Notes: generated by a model from the sequence alone, not told the origin. 64,000 nt of DNA from an uncultured Gammaproteobacteria bacterium (GCA_964405655.1 CAYOOO010000003.1:11758-75757), one strand, 5' to 3'; numbered from the stretch's first letter, positions 28,657-39,338 are shown. Program-made: numbers and translations.

Positions 28657-29661
28657 ATGGACCTACCAAATTTAAAAAAAGATATTCTTTTCTCAAGCTT
28701 AACAACCTTAAAAATTGGTGGCCCAATTAAATATTTTCTCGAAGTAAATTCAGAACAAGAACTAACTGAAGCTGTAAAATGGGCTAAAGAGAAAAACATC
28801 CCCTTTTTAATAATAGGTTCAGGTAGTAATTTATTGGTGTCTGATCAAGGTTTTAAAGGGCTGGTCATAAAAAATACTATTTCAGGGATTAGTGATCAAA
28901 GGAGTGAGCAATCCTTCTCGCCCACACAAACGAGTGCAGGAGGACAAAAACGGTTACGAGCGACTCATCTAGTAAAAGCTCAAACAGGAACAGATCTTCA
29001 AGAATTAGTTAATTACACAATTTCTCAAGGCTTGGGAGGGCTTGAGAGGCTAACTGGTGTTCCTGGAACAGTTGGTGGAGCAATCTTTGGTAATGCTGGA
29101 GCATACGGCCAAACAATTAGTGATTTTTTAGGACAGGTTAGCTGTTTAGACCCCGAAACTTTAAAAACTATTTCACTATCTAAAAAGGAGTGTCAGTTTG
29201 GCTATAGAGCTAGTGGTTTTAGGAAAAATAAGTTAATTATCCTTGAAGTAACTTTTGAGCTAATTAAAGCTGACCAAAATCAGCTTAAAAAAGAGGCTAA
29301 GGAAGTTTTGGAAAAAAGGATTAAAAAATATAAACCAGGTGTACTTTGTCCGGGTAGTTTTTTTAAAAATATCCTAATGAAAAATATTCCAAAACAAACA
29401 AAAAAGTTAATCCCCAAAGAAAGGGATTACTTTGGGAAAGTACCAGCTTGGTTTTTTCTAGATGAAGTTGGGGCCAAAGGAGACAGGTTAGGACAGATTG
29501 AGATAGCAGATTTTCATGGTAATCTATTTATCAATTTAGGAAAAGGGGGAGCTTCGGATTTTTATAATCTGGCTAAAAAATACTACCAAAAAGTCAAAGA
29601 AAAGTTTGGAATTGAACTTGAACCTGAAGTTCAACTGATTAACTTGCCTACTATAAAGTAA
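28657..29661 (+). CDS. murB: UDP-N-acetylenolpyruvoylglucosamine reductase
   Basis: TLKIGGPIKYFLEV...IPFLIIGSGSNLLVSDQGFKGLVIK FAD-binding N-terminus and MurB C-terminal domain. Confidence 0.8.
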   Translation: MDLPNLKKDILFSSLTTLKIGGPIKYFLEVNSEQELTEAVKWAKEKNIPFLIIGSGSNLLVSDQGFKGLVIKNTISGISDQRSEQSFSPTQTSAGGQKRLRATHLVKAQTGTDLQELVNYTISQGLGGLERLTGVPGTVGGAIFGNAGAYGQTISDFLGQVSCLDPETLKTISLSKKECQFGYRASGFRKNKLIILEVTFELIKADQNQLKKEAKEVLEKRIKKYKPGVLCPGSFFKNILMKNIPKQTKKLIPKERDYFGKVPAWFFLDEVGAKGDRLGQIEIADFHGNLFINLGKGGASDFYNLAKKYYQKVKEKFGIELEPEVQLINLPTIK

Positions 29662-29685
29662 AGTAATCTGCTAAACTATGCCGTT

Positions 29686-30033
29686 ATGAAAGAATCTAAA
29701 GGATTCATCATTGGAGAAGACACCCCGTACTCACCCGAAGAGAGAGTTGGTCCAGAACTTTCTTATGGTGATCCAAGTTATATTTATAGAAAACCATCAT
29801 CGTCTGACAGACTGAATGGGTTAGCAAATCATCTCACTGATTTTCTAGATGACCCGATAATAGTTAGGGCTGTGACAAGATTTTCAGATGATCTGATCCA
29901 AATTTACCAAGCTATGGATCCAGAAAATAAAGCAGGTGTTTTAAGAAATCACCTTGATCAACTTCCACCTAGACAATTTAAGAGAGCCCAAAGTTTAATG
30001 GAACAAAAAATTACAGAAAGAATCATAAGATGA
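29686..30033 (+). CDS. Hypothetical protein (115 aa)
   Basis: ORF only; no motifs recognized. Confidence 0.4.
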   Translation: MKESKGFIIGEDTPYSPEERVGPELSYGDPSYIYRKPSSSDRLNGLANHLTDFLDDPIIVRAVTRFSDDLIQIYQAMDPENKAGVLRNHLDQLPPRQFKRAQSLMEQKITERIIR

Positions 30034-30054
30034 TTAATAGCGAGAGGGGCTTAA

Positions 30055-30621
30055 TTATGTCTCTTTTACAATCTCTTGAGAAACTTCTTCTAGGTTAGTT
30101 ATGCTCTCAGTCTCATCCACAGGTCCAGAAAAATGCCCCATCTGATGTTTAACAATTAACTTTGCTCCTAACTGGTCTTTAAAAATATCTCCATACTTTA
30201 AAGAAACAAAAGGATCATTATCAGAGTGAATTGCTATAAACTTATTAGCTTTTTTTCTAATCTTTTCAAAATCAATTGGCTTTTCAAAAAAGTTTTTAAG
30301 CTCCTCATAACCTAAATCATCTGTAAAACCAGCTACTAAAATAACCTTATCCACTCTTTGATTATCTTCTAAAGTCTCTAAGTATCTTAAGATAGTAATA
30401 CAGCCTGAACTGTGGCCTACTAAAGATAAGTCTTCATCAGTTTGACCAATCACCTCTCTTAATTTAGGCAGCCATAAAGACAGTCTTGGTAAGTTAGTTT
30501 CTGGCATTTGAGGAATTATAACCTCAAAATTTTTCTCCTCTAACTCTTTTTTAGTTTGAGGATACCAACAGTACTCAGGGTAACCATCCCAACAATGAAC
30601 AATCACTACTCTCTTATTCAT
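30055..30621 (-). CDS. Alpha/beta serine hydrolase (RBBP9/YdeN-like)
   Basis: GHSSG nucleophile elbow, about 190 aa, conserved D and H later in the sequence. Confidence 0.55.
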   Translation of the reverse strand: MNKRVVIVHCWDGYPEYCWYPQTKKELEEKNFEVIIPQMPETNLPRLSLWLPKLREVIGQTDEDLSLVGHSSGCITILRYLETLEDNQRVDKVILVAGFTDDLGYEELKNFFEKPIDFEKIRKKANKFIAIHSDNDPFVSLKYGDIFKDQLGAKLIVKHQMGHFSGPVDETESITNLEEVSQEIVKET

Positions 30622-31036
30622 CTAATTTGTGAGCTTCATTAAAACCTTCTTCGTCAAATTTGGTCGAAAAGAAAGCATCGATAATTTCCTTAGCCAAGTC
30701 GGACGAGGTAAATCTTAAACTTAAAACTAACACATTAGCATTATCCCACTTCCTGGCTAATCTGGCTGTCTGGGCATCCCAACACAAAGCAGCTCTGATT
30801 CCTTTGAACCTATTTGCAGCCATAGCTATTCCAGTTCCACTGAAGCAAAACAATATCCCCTGCTTCGCCTCCCCTTTTAAGATTTTTTTAGCTGATTGTT
30901 GACCAATTTCTACCCAATGATCATTCTTTTCTTTTAAAGCACCAATTAAAATTGTTTGATGACCTTTTTTTCTTAAATATTTAATCACTTCATCCGTTAG
31001 ATAAGTCTTTTCATCTGAAGCAACTACTAGTTTCAT
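30614..31036 (-). CDS. rpiB: Ribose-5-phosphate isomerase B (RpiB/LacAB family)
   Basis: GILFCFSGTGIAMAANRFKGIRAALCWD...NANVLVL is a near-canonical RpiB core. Confidence 0.75.
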   Translation of the reverse strand: MKLVVASDEKTYLTDEVIKYLRKKGHQTILIGALKEKNDHWVEIGQQSAKKILKGEAKQGILFCFSGTGIAMAANRFKGIRAALCWDAQTARLARKWDNANVLVLSLRFTSSDLAKEIIDAFFSTKFDEEGFNEAHKLDE

Positions 31037-31093
31037 ACTATTTTAGGAGGAGAATAGATAATTTCTGGTTTTTTGTAAATAGTCTTTGATTTT

Positions 31094-32410
31094 TTAGCGA
31101 TCTGCAGAAGGATTGGGCGAACTTATACCGTAAGTTTTATAGATCTGATCAATACCTTTATCCACAGTCTCAACCACTGAAATTGCATCCGAACCTTTCA
31201 ATATTGAGTTAATAGCATCTTCAAAATACTTACTCATTTCATCATTGATCCCCTGATCAAAGGTTCTGGATGAAAGATACCAGGATTTATAGGTTGGGGC
31301 TTGAATAACAAAAGCGCCAACAATTGGATCTGAGGCAATTTCCTTTTGCAGTTCAACTCTGGAGTAAGGCAGACCAAATAACCTGACTTTAGAGGCTTCT
31401 TGATAAAGTTTTTTTTGCTGCTCAGCTGAGGTTAAAAACTTAATAAACTCCCATGCCTCAGTTGAATTAGTAGACTTAGAAGAGACTGCATAAGCCCAAA
31501 AAGTACCCCAAGTGATATTTTTCCCAGGCAGCTGTGGCACTGGGGCGGTTTTAAAGTTAAGGTTTTGACTGGAAGTAAATTGTTGGGCTCTCCAAGAAGG
31601 ACCAAAGTAGAAAGCTAGCTTTCCCTCACTAAAAGCTTGAGTTGATGATGGCATTGTCTGATCCCAAACTTTTTTAGCTGGATCAGTCACAAACTCGCTA
31701 TAAAACTTTAATACTTCGGCCTTAGACTGATCATCAAGCGTATCAATTTTACCAGCAGATTGTTGCATCAGTAAAAGCCCGACAATATCTTGCCAGTGAT
31801 CAACATTTGAGGTAGTCCCTAAAGCTGCACCAGCTGTTTGAATGTTACCCTTTGAATCAGCGACTGTAGTTTTAACAGCTGCTGACACAAACTGATCCCA
31901 GGTTTGAGGTACATCAACCCCAGCAGCCTTTAAAATATCTTCGTTATAGTAAAGCGCTAAACCATCAATTCCTCTGGGCATAGCATAGATCTTGCTATCT
32001 TTGGAAAGAGTTTGAATAGCCACTGGATAAAAAGCTTTTGAGTAGTCTGTATTGCTCATTATCTCATTTGGTAAAGGTGCCAGCAGGTTACTATTTAAAA
32101 ACATTGGTAACCAGCTGTTATGAATCGCAAAGACATCAACTTGTTCATTTCCAGTGATAAAGGTCTGAATTCTAGTTCGGTAGTTGTCGATATTCTGGAA
32201 GTTGTATTTAATATGGACCTTTGGTTTAACTTTCTGATAATCCTCAATCGCCGGTTTTATTAAATCTTCTTCTTCCCAAAGACCGTAAATTACTAAATTA
32301 ACATCTTTAACCTCAGCTGGTTGTTTTTTAAATAGAGAGGGGGAAAATCTCCAAAATAGATAGCCTAAAATAACAGCCAAAGCTAAAACTACAATAATAA
32401 TCAAACGCAT
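31094..32410 (-). CDS. Extracellular solute-binding protein (ABC transporter SBP family 1-like), orphan
   Basis: N-terminal TM/signal, size and pattern of sugar-binding SBPs. No permease or ATPase genes adjacent. Confidence 0.6.
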   Translation of the reverse strand: MRLIIIVVLALAVILGYLFWRFSPSLFKKQPAEVKDVNLVIYGLWEEEDLIKPAIEDYQKVKPKVHIKYNFQNIDNYRTRIQTFITGNEQVDVFAIHNSWLPMFLNSNLLAPLPNEIMSNTDYSKAFYPVAIQTLSKDSKIYAMPRGIDGLALYYNEDILKAAGVDVPQTWDQFVSAAVKTTVADSKGNIQTAGAALGTTSNVDHWQDIVGLLLMQQSAGKIDTLDDQSKAEVLKFYSEFVTDPAKKVWDQTMPSSTQAFSEGKLAFYFGPSWRAQQFTSSQNLNFKTAPVPQLPGKNITWGTFWAYAVSSKSTNSTEAWEFIKFLTSAEQQKKLYQEASKVRLFGLPYSRVELQKEIASDPIVGAFVIQAPTYKSWYLSSRTFDQGINDEMSKYFEDAINSILKGSDAISVVETVDKGIDQIYKTYGISSPNPSADR

Positions 32411-32441
32411 TAGATAAATTATATCCTAAAGACTGCTAGTC

Positions 32442-34313
32442 TTGCCTAAGAGAGCGTTGCCAGTTAAAATTACTGCTATGGCTGAAAAGAAAGTCAAAAA
32501 GATTCCACTAGCAACTAACACTAGTTTTGTTATTTTACTGTTAAGGCGTTTTTTAATGCTGGGGTCAATTATTTTAACTATACTTTTTTTAATTATTGTT
32601 GGTTTTTGGTTGCTATTTTTAAACAGAATCTATCCAGCTGTTTATGTGGCTAACCTTAACTTATCCGGTAAGAGACTGGAACAGGCTGAACAAGAGCTTA
32701 AATCCACACTCCAAGTCAGACTTAACCAATCTCTTCAATTTGAGTTTCAAGAAGCTTCTATCTCCTCCCGCTTTGTGGTTAATCTATCATCAAACCAATC
32801 AAATCTTAAAATCCATCAGGCTGTTTTAGATGCATATCAGTTAGGGCATAAAAGATTTTACTTACCACCTGAGCGGATCAGTGTTGACTTGGTGTTTGAT
32901 CAAGAGAGTGAAAAACAGATTGATGAGATCGCTCAACTAGTTGATCAGAAAGCAATTGATGCTCAAATAAAAATTGTTGATGATAGTATCAATGTCACTG
33001 CTTCTCAGGAAGGTATGGTGTTAGATAGACAACTTTTAAAGGTGCAGCTTGCTGACTATGTTAACACAGGTAAACTATTAAATAACCGACTACCTATCAA
33101 GAAAGTCTCTCCTAAGCTAGGGTACGAAACAGCCTTAAAAATTAAAAAAAGACTTGATGCTATTAAACTTGAGCCGTTAAAGCTTACTTTTGGGGACCAA
33201 ACATTTATATTGGATTTAGATCGTCTTCTTTCTCTAATAGATTTGGAAAATACCGAAAGTTTTTTTGTTAGTGCTAACTTACTTGATCAAAAAGTTAATA
33301 TCTCTTCTGTTTCAGTTGGACAGACTGAACTGGCTGACACTAAACTAACTTTGCAAAAAGATCAAATTAAAAACTACCTCAAGGAGATTTCAAAACAGAT
33401 TGATAGACCAGTTGAGGAACCGCTCTTTTCTTTTGATGGCAGTCGGGTGATTGAGTTTAAACCGCCTCAAGAGGGTTATAGTTTGGATATTAACAAAGCT
33501 ACTGACAGATTAACCAATGCTCTTTTGAGTCATGATCAAAAAATTGTTAATCTACCTGTAGCTGTAATCTCACCTAAAAATAAACTGACCAATGAACTTG
33601 GTATTAAAGAGTTGATTGGTAGAGGAATTTCTAACTTCTCTGGGTCAATTGAGAATCGTATCTATAATATTAAATTAGGAGCTTCTAAAATCAACGGTCT
33701 TTTGGTTGGACCAGGAGAAGAGTTTTCGTTCAATAAAGCAGTCGGTGATATTTCAGCCAGCACTGGTTTTAAACAAGCTTATGTTATTAAATCAGGCCGA
33801 ACTGTCTTAGATGACGGTGGAGGAATCTGTCAAGTTTCAACTACCCTATTTAGAGCAGTCTTAAATTCGGGTCTACCGGTAACTGCTAGAACTGCTCATG
33901 CTTATCGAGTTGGTTATTATGAACTGGGTTTTCCACCAGGACTTGATGCAACTATTTTCTACCCATCTGTTGATTTTAAATTTAAAAACGACACCACCTC
34001 CCATATTTTAATCCAAGCCTATGTTGTTGGAACCTCTCTGTATGTAGACTTTTACGGAACCTTGGATGGTAGAGTTGTTAATATTTCCACCCCAGTAGTG
34101 ACAAACCAAACTCCTCCACCACCTGAGCTCAGACAAGATGACCCAACTTTACCTAAGGGAACAGTTAAACAGGTGGACTGGGCAGCTTGGGGAGCTAATG
34201 TTGTATTTATCAGAACTGTTACTAAGGCAGGCCAATTATTAAGTAAGGATACTTTCAGATCTAACTTTCGCCCTTGGCAAGCTGTTTTTCTAGTAGGGAC
34301 TAAGGAGAATTAA
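32442..34313 (+). CDS. VanW-family protein with N-terminal membrane anchor
   Basis: GGGICQVSTTLFRAVLNSGLPV...ARTAHAYRVGYY is the VanW (PF04294) core. Start could also be Met 32478 or the Met before the TM helix. Confidence 0.7.
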   Translation: MPKRALPVKITAMAEKKVKKIPLATNTSFVILLLRRFLMLGSIILTILFLIIVGFWLLFLNRIYPAVYVANLNLSGKRLEQAEQELKSTLQVRLNQSLQFEFQEASISSRFVVNLSSNQSNLKIHQAVLDAYQLGHKRFYLPPERISVDLVFDQESEKQIDEIAQLVDQKAIDAQIKIVDDSINVTASQEGMVLDRQLLKVQLADYVNTGKLLNNRLPIKKVSPKLGYETALKIKKRLDAIKLEPLKLTFGDQTFILDLDRLLSLIDLENTESFFVSANLLDQKVNISSVSVGQTELADTKLTLQKDQIKNYLKEISKQIDRPVEEPLFSFDGSRVIEFKPPQEGYSLDINKATDRLTNALLSHDQKIVNLPVAVISPKNKLTNELGIKELIGRGISNFSGSIENRIYNIKLGASKINGLLVGPGEEFSFNKAVGDISASTGFKQAYVIKSGRTVLDDGGGICQVSTTLFRAVLNSGLPVTARTAHAYRVGYYELGFPPGLDATIFYPSVDFKFKNDTTSHILIQAYVVGTSLYVDFYGTLDGRVVNISTPVVTNQTPPPPELRQDDPTLPKGTVKQVDWAAWGANVVFIRTVTKAGQLLSKDTFRSNFRPWQAVFLVGTKEN

Positions 34314-34360
34314 TCAGATTAACCAATAATATGAGTTTTTAAGTTAAATTAACAATAATT

Positions 34361-34930
34361 ATGAGGTTTTTTATTGCTTTGGAGTTATCTGAAACCAATC
34401 GCGAGCAGCTGTTAGTTGTTCAACAACAGCTCAAAGCAGTTATTCCAGAAGCTAAACTGACAGATAATGACAAACTCCATCTGACTATTGCTTTTATTGG
34501 TGAACAAGATGAAAAGCTGAAAGAACCATTAGCTAAGATTATGAAACAGGCTGCCAGCGGGATTTCTCCTTTTGAAGTCACCCCTTCATACATCGATGGC
34601 TTTCCTCACTTCCACACTGCCAATATTATTTGGGTTGGAGTTAAAGATGACATCGACAAACTCTACCTGTTAAGACATAGAATCAAAGACCAGCTGACAG
34701 AACTGAATCTTGAGGTAGACGAAAGACGTTATGTGCCTCATATTGCAATTGCTAAGGTTGCAAACCTTCACTTGACTAAGTCTCAGGAGAATCAGCTAAC
34801 TGTAATCATGTCTAGAGACTTTGATCCTATTGAGGTTTCTGCAGTCAAACTTTTTGAGTCTATACCCAACCATGGTTTCCATCAACACAATACCCTAGCA
34901 GAAATTCCTTTAGCAGTTCAAAATCAATAA
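34361..34930 (+). CDS. thpR: 2H-phosphoesterase (RNA 2',3'-cyclic phosphodiesterase ThpR/LigT-like)
   Basis: Two H-x-(T/A)-x motifs (HLTIAFIG, HIAIAKV), about 190 aa. Confidence 0.55.
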   Translation: MRFFIALELSETNREQLLVVQQQLKAVIPEAKLTDNDKLHLTIAFIGEQDEKLKEPLAKIMKQAASGISPFEVTPSYIDGFPHFHTANIIWVGVKDDIDKLYLLRHRIKDQLTELNLEVDERRYVPHIAIAKVANLHLTKSQENQLTVIMSRDFDPIEVSAVKLFESIPNHGFHQHNTLAEIPLAVQNQ

Positions 34931-34935
34931 CTAAA

Positions 34936-35970
34936 ATGGCATCCCACAAAACCATTATCCTGGGAATAGAAACCAGCTGTGATGAAACAGCTTCAGCCAT
35001 CTTATTAAAACAAAACGATAGAATAAATCTTGTGTCCAATATCGTGGCTTCGTCTTCTCATATTCAAGCCAAGTATGGAGGGATCATTCCTGAACAGGCT
35101 GCCAGAGAACAGGTTAAAGCTATTATCCCTGTTATTAAAGAAGCTTTAGAACAAGCAGAGCTGGACCCAGAAGATTTAGATGCACTAGCTGTCACTCAAG
35201 GCCCTGGGTTAATAGGTTCTCTATTGGTAGGGGTGGAGACAGCTAAAACCTTATCCCTAGTTTGGAATAAACCCTTGATTCCTGTAAATCATTTAATTGG
35301 CCATTTTTATGCCAATTGGATTGATTCTAATCCAAGCTTTCCTTGTATTGGTTTACTTGCCTCTGGTGGACATACTGATTTAGTTTTATTTGAAAGTCAT
35401 GGTAAATTTAAATACTTAGGCGGAACCAGAGATGATGCTGCTGGTGAATGTTTTGATAAGTGCGCTAGAATATTAAGCTTACCTTACCCAGGAGGCCCGC
35501 AAATTAGCAAACTTGCTCAAAAAGGAGATCCTAAGTCCTATAGTTTACCAAGACCAATGATTAACTCCCGCAATTTTGATTTCTCTTATTCTGGTTTAAA
35601 AACAGCAGTTTTAAACTTAGTAAAAAGCATGGCAAAGTCTGAATTAGTCAAAGCAGACGAGCTTAGCCATCTTTGTGCCTCAATCGAACAAGCTATTATT
35701 GATCCACTAATTAGCAAGACTATTCAGGCTGCCAAAAGATTTAATATTAATCAAATTATTATGGCTGGAGGTGTAGCAGCCAATCAAAAACTCAGAGTAG
35801 AGCTTGAGAAAAATTGTCAGTTATCAATTAACAATTATCAATTATCTATCCCTCCTCCCTATCTTTGTACAGATAATGCTGCTATGATTGCCTCAGCTGC
35901 CTTCTTTACAGATAAAACTATTGATCCTTTAAAATTGCAGGCAGATCCAAATCTGTCTCTAGCGTATTAA
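34936..35970 (+). CDS. tsaD: tRNA N6-adenosine threonylcarbamoyltransferase TsaD (Kae1/Gcp)
   Basis: ILGIETSCDETASAIL, HLIGHFYAN, LASGGHTDL motifs. Confidence 0.9.
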   Translation: MASHKTIILGIETSCDETASAILLKQNDRINLVSNIVASSSHIQAKYGGIIPEQAAREQVKAIIPVIKEALEQAELDPEDLDALAVTQGPGLIGSLLVGVETAKTLSLVWNKPLIPVNHLIGHFYANWIDSNPSFPCIGLLASGGHTDLVLFESHGKFKYLGGTRDDAAGECFDKCARILSLPYPGGPQISKLAQKGDPKSYSLPRPMINSRNFDFSYSGLKTAVLNLVKSMAKSELVKADELSHLCASIEQAIIDPLISKTIQAAKRFNINQIIMAGGVAANQKLRVELEKNCQLSINNYQLSIPPPYLCTDNAAMIASAAFFTDKTIDPLKLQADPNLSLAY

Positions 35971-35973
35971 AGT

Positions 35974-36378
35974 ATGGAGAGAAAGAACCATTCTGTATTT
36001 ACTGAAACTTATGCAGGATACTCTTTAAAAAGAAGTCTAGAGTCAACAACTAACAATCAAGCTATTGATTTTCAAACTACTGCTTTATGGACAGATATTA
36101 GAAATCATCTACCTGATCAACCCAGCTCTTTTGTCTTCTCCCCCCAAACTATTAAAAGAGCAGGCTACCAAGCTATAGTTGTCAGGAATGCTGGGAGAGA
36201 AACTACCTTTGAATTAACCAAACTCACCTCAATTATTTCTGATCAACAAAGGCGAACAATTACTTTTTTCTGGTCAGATGAAAATCATGATGTTCTAAAA
36301 TCTACTTACTGCCTAGATAAAATTGACAAGTTAACCTTGCAAAGATCCCCTCTAGAAACTAGGATTAAACACGCCTAA
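35974..36378 (+). CDS. Hypothetical protein (134 aa)
   Basis: ORF only. Confidence 0.4.
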   Translation: MERKNHSVFTETYAGYSLKRSLESTTNNQAIDFQTTALWTDIRNHLPDQPSSFVFSPQTIKRAGYQAIVVRNAGRETTFELTKLTSIISDQQRRTITFFWSDENHDVLKSTYCLDKIDKLTLQRSPLETRIKHA

Positions 36379-36388
36379 ATTCTAAATT

Positions 36389-36964
36389 ATGTCTCTAAGA
36401 GAAATCGTTGATGAAACAGTAGTGGCAAATGCCAAAGCAGGAGATGAACAAGCCTGGAATGGTCTTTATCGACAGACTCATGCCCGAGTTACATGGATGG
36501 CTTATTACTGGTTAAGAGATTTTCAAAAAGCTGAGGATACTGCTCAAGAAGTATTTTGGAGGGTACACCGCGAATTTTCTGCTTATCGACCAGGAACTAA
36601 TTTTACTGCCTGGTTATTTTTCCTTACCCGCTATACATTGATGGACCAGAGAAAAAAACCTGAATCAAAATTGGTCGAGCATTCTTTAGACGAGGTTGAT
36701 AGCTATAGTCATCCTAAAATTGATCATGTTGCTTATTACGCAGGTTTTGAAGATGCAGTCGTAACTAAACAACTACTGGCTAATGCCTTGGGCAACTTAA
36801 CTCCTGACTTTCGTAATCCTCTACTTCTTCAAATGGAGGGTTTTTCTTATCAGGAGATTGCTGGACAGTTAGGCATCCCCGCTGGTACTGTTAAATCCAG
36901 AATTAACAGAGGGTTGGATAAAATAAGACAGGACCCAATGGTTCAGCAACTAAAATCAGGTTAG
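36389..36964 (+). CDS. ECF-type RNA polymerase sigma-70 family factor
   Basis: Region 2 (EDTAQEVFWRVHREFSAYRPGTNFTAWLFFLTRY) and region 4 HTH (SYQEIAGQLGIPAGTVKSRINRGLDKIR). Confidence 0.7.
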   Translation: MSLREIVDETVVANAKAGDEQAWNGLYRQTHARVTWMAYYWLRDFQKAEDTAQEVFWRVHREFSAYRPGTNFTAWLFFLTRYTLMDQRKKPESKLVEHSLDEVDSYSHPKIDHVAYYAGFEDAVVTKQLLANALGNLTPDFRNPLLLQMEGFSYQEIAGQLGIPAGTVKSRINRGLDKIRQDPMVQQLKSG

Positions 36965-36989
36965 AAACTTGATTTTTGATTTATTTTGC

Positions 36990-37185
36990 TTATACTTGTA
37001 AAAACTTAGGGGTTAACGTCACCTGAGTAAATTGGAAGAAGAAATCCAGATTTGGAAATTAGATCTTCCCGCAGGACCTGCGCAAAACAAACCATGAGAA
37101 TAAAGTTTGGGTGGTACCACGGCTTGTCCGCTAGAATATAAGCTCGTCCCAAGAATATAATATAAGGGAGGAGCTTTTTTATATC
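36990..37185 (+). promoter_or_regulatory. T-box riboswitch-like leader of valS (T-box motif + intrinsic terminator)
   Basis: AGTTTGGGTGGTACCACGG (37104-37122) matches the T-box consensus AANNNGGGUGGNACCGCGG at all but one of its non-N positions. Terminator hairpin AGCTCGTCCC...GGGAGGAGCT + T6 at 37141-37180. 226-nt leader. Confidence 0.5.
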
Positions 37186-37190
37186 TTAAG

Positions 37191-39338
37191 ATGAACAAGG
37201 TAAATAATCAGTCTAAAAAAACTGAACAAGACTGGTACAAATTTTGGGAGAAGAACGGCTTTTTTAAAGCAGACCCTGCGTCTAAAAAAACTCCATATTC
37301 TCTTTTAATGCCTCCGCCTAATTTAACAGGTGAGCTACACCTAGGTCATGCCATGCAACACTCTATCATGGATAGCATTACCCGCTTCAAAAGAATGCAA
37401 GGCTTTGATGTGCTACTTTTACCAGGAGTGGACCATGCCGGGATTCAATTTGAAAGTGGCTTTAATAAAATGATTGAGAAGGAAGGTCTCTCGAAACAAA
37501 AGTTAGGGCGAGAAGAGTGGCTAAAAAGAGCTTGGCTCTTTCGCGAAGAGATCTATAAATCTTTTAAGGATACTTGGACCGTTTTTGGTCTATCTGCAGA
37601 TTGGTCAAGAGAGGTTTTTACTTTAGAAGAAAAGGTTCAAAAAGCAGTTTTGAAAGAGTTTAAAATCTTTTGGGACCAAGAGCTACTTTATAAAGGAGCC
37701 TATATTGTTCAGTGGTGCCCTAAGGACCAAACAGCTATTGAAGATTTAGAGATGGAATACCATAAGAGGAAGGAAAATCTATATTTTGTCAACTATAAAA
37801 TTGAGAATTCTGACGAATCTATCATAATTGCTACCACCCGTCCTGAAACAATCTATGCCGATACTGGAATTGCAGTTTATCCCAATCACCCTAAATTTAA
37901 AAAGTTTATTGGTGAGAACGCTCTTAACCCACTTAATGGTAATAAAATACCTATCTTTGAGGATAAAAGAGTAGACAAGGAGTTTGGCACAGGTGCTTTG
38001 AAGATTACGCCGGGCCATGATCCGCTTGATTATCAAATCGGACAGACTCATAACCTGCCTATCTTACATGTCGTTGATAAAACAGGCAGGATGACAGATC
38101 TAGCAAATGATCTAACAGGATTAAAGATTACTGAGGCAGAACAAAAAGCTAAAGAAAAATTAGAGAAAAGTGGCGCATTAGTTAAGGTTGAAGAGTTAAC
38201 TCACTCAGTACCAGTTTGTGAAAGGTGTAAAACAACTATTGAGCCATTAATTTCTGAGGAGTGGTTTGTCAAGATGAAACCACTAGCTGAGAAAGCCCTA
38301 AAAAATATTGGTAAAATTAATTTCGTCCCTAAAAACTTCCAAAAGATTTTGTCTGATTGGATGAAGGAGATTCATGATTGGTGTATCTCAAGACCTCTTT
38401 GGTGGGGACACCGCATCCCTGTCTGGTACTGTCAAAAATGCAATCCAACCCATGAGGTCGGTAAGGATAAAGATATGATTATTTCTTTAGATGAACCTAA
38501 GGTAAACTGTCAAACTTGTGGGCAGCATCATTGGATCCAAGATGATCAGGTTTTAGATACTTGGTTTTCGTCAGGTATGTGGCCTTTAGCCACACTTGGT
38601 TGGCCTGAGGAGACAAAAGAGCTTAATAGATATTATCCTTGGGATTTTGAAATCACTGATCCTGGTATTCGCTATCTTTGGATTGCCCGGATGATAATGC
38701 TTGGGCTATGGTTTGGAGATGATATTCCCTTTAAAAATATGTTCTTCCATGGAACCCTAAGAGATTTATCAGGCAGGAAATTTTCAAAGTCCTTAGGCAA
38801 CGGCATCGACCCCAATGATCTAAGATCAAAGTGGGGTACTGATGCAACCAGAGTGGCACTCTTAACCTACTCTGCTCCAGGTAGGGATGGGAAGATGTCT
38901 AGACAAACAATCGATGAAAGGTGTAAAAACTTCAGGAACTTTGGAACTAAACTAAGAAATATGACTAAGTTTGTAATTGACCTAAAACCAAAAGATACTT
39001 CTAAAAAAATCTCCTCTCCAAAAGAAGATAAAGCAATCTTAGAAAAACTTAATCAGCTTATTAGAGAAGTTACTCATGATCTTGAAACCTTTAATTTGCA
39101 TCTGGCTGTAGAAAAGCTTTATGAGTTTGTCTGGCATGAATTTGCAGATAAGTATATCGAGGAGTCTAAAAAAAGACGCTCTGAAGCCCAACCTACGTTA
39201 GAGCACGTTCTCAAGACCTCGCTTGAACTCCTCCACCCGTTTATGCCCTTTATCACCGAGGAATTATGGCAGCGCTTGCCACATACAAAGCAAAGTATTA
39301 TGACAACTAGTTGGCCTACACATAGCCAGGAAAAATAG
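37191..39338 (+). CDS. valS: Valyl-tRNA synthetase (compact, 715 aa)
   Basis: PPPNLTGELHLGHAMQHSIMD (HIGH region), GVDHAGIQ, KFSKSLGN (KMSKS), editing-domain motifs. Confidence 0.9.
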   Translation: MNKVNNQSKKTEQDWYKFWEKNGFFKADPASKKTPYSLLMPPPNLTGELHLGHAMQHSIMDSITRFKRMQGFDVLLLPGVDHAGIQFESGFNKMIEKEGLSKQKLGREEWLKRAWLFREEIYKSFKDTWTVFGLSADWSREVFTLEEKVQKAVLKEFKIFWDQELLYKGAYIVQWCPKDQTAIEDLEMEYHKRKENLYFVNYKIENSDESIIIATTRPETIYADTGIAVYPNHPKFKKFIGENALNPLNGNKIPIFEDKRVDKEFGTGALKITPGHDPLDYQIGQTHNLPILHVVDKTGRMTDLANDLTGLKITEAEQKAKEKLEKSGALVKVEELTHSVPVCERCKTTIEPLISEEWFVKMKPLAEKALKNIGKINFVPKNFQKILSDWMKEIHDWCISRPLWWGHRIPVWYCQKCNPTHEVGKDKDMIISLDEPKVNCQTCGQHHWIQDDQVLDTWFSSGMWPLATLGWPEETKELNRYYPWDFEITDPGIRYLWIARMIMLGLWFGDDIPFKNMFFHGTLRDLSGRKFSKSLGNGIDPNDLRSKWGTDATRVALLTYSAPGRDGKMSRQTIDERCKNFRNFGTKLRNMTKFVIDLKPKDTSKKISSPKEDKAILEKLNQLIREVTHDLETFNLHLAVEKLYEFVWHEFADKYIEESKKRRSEAQPTLEHVLKTSLELLHPFMPFITEELWQRLPHTKQSIMTTSWPTHSQEK

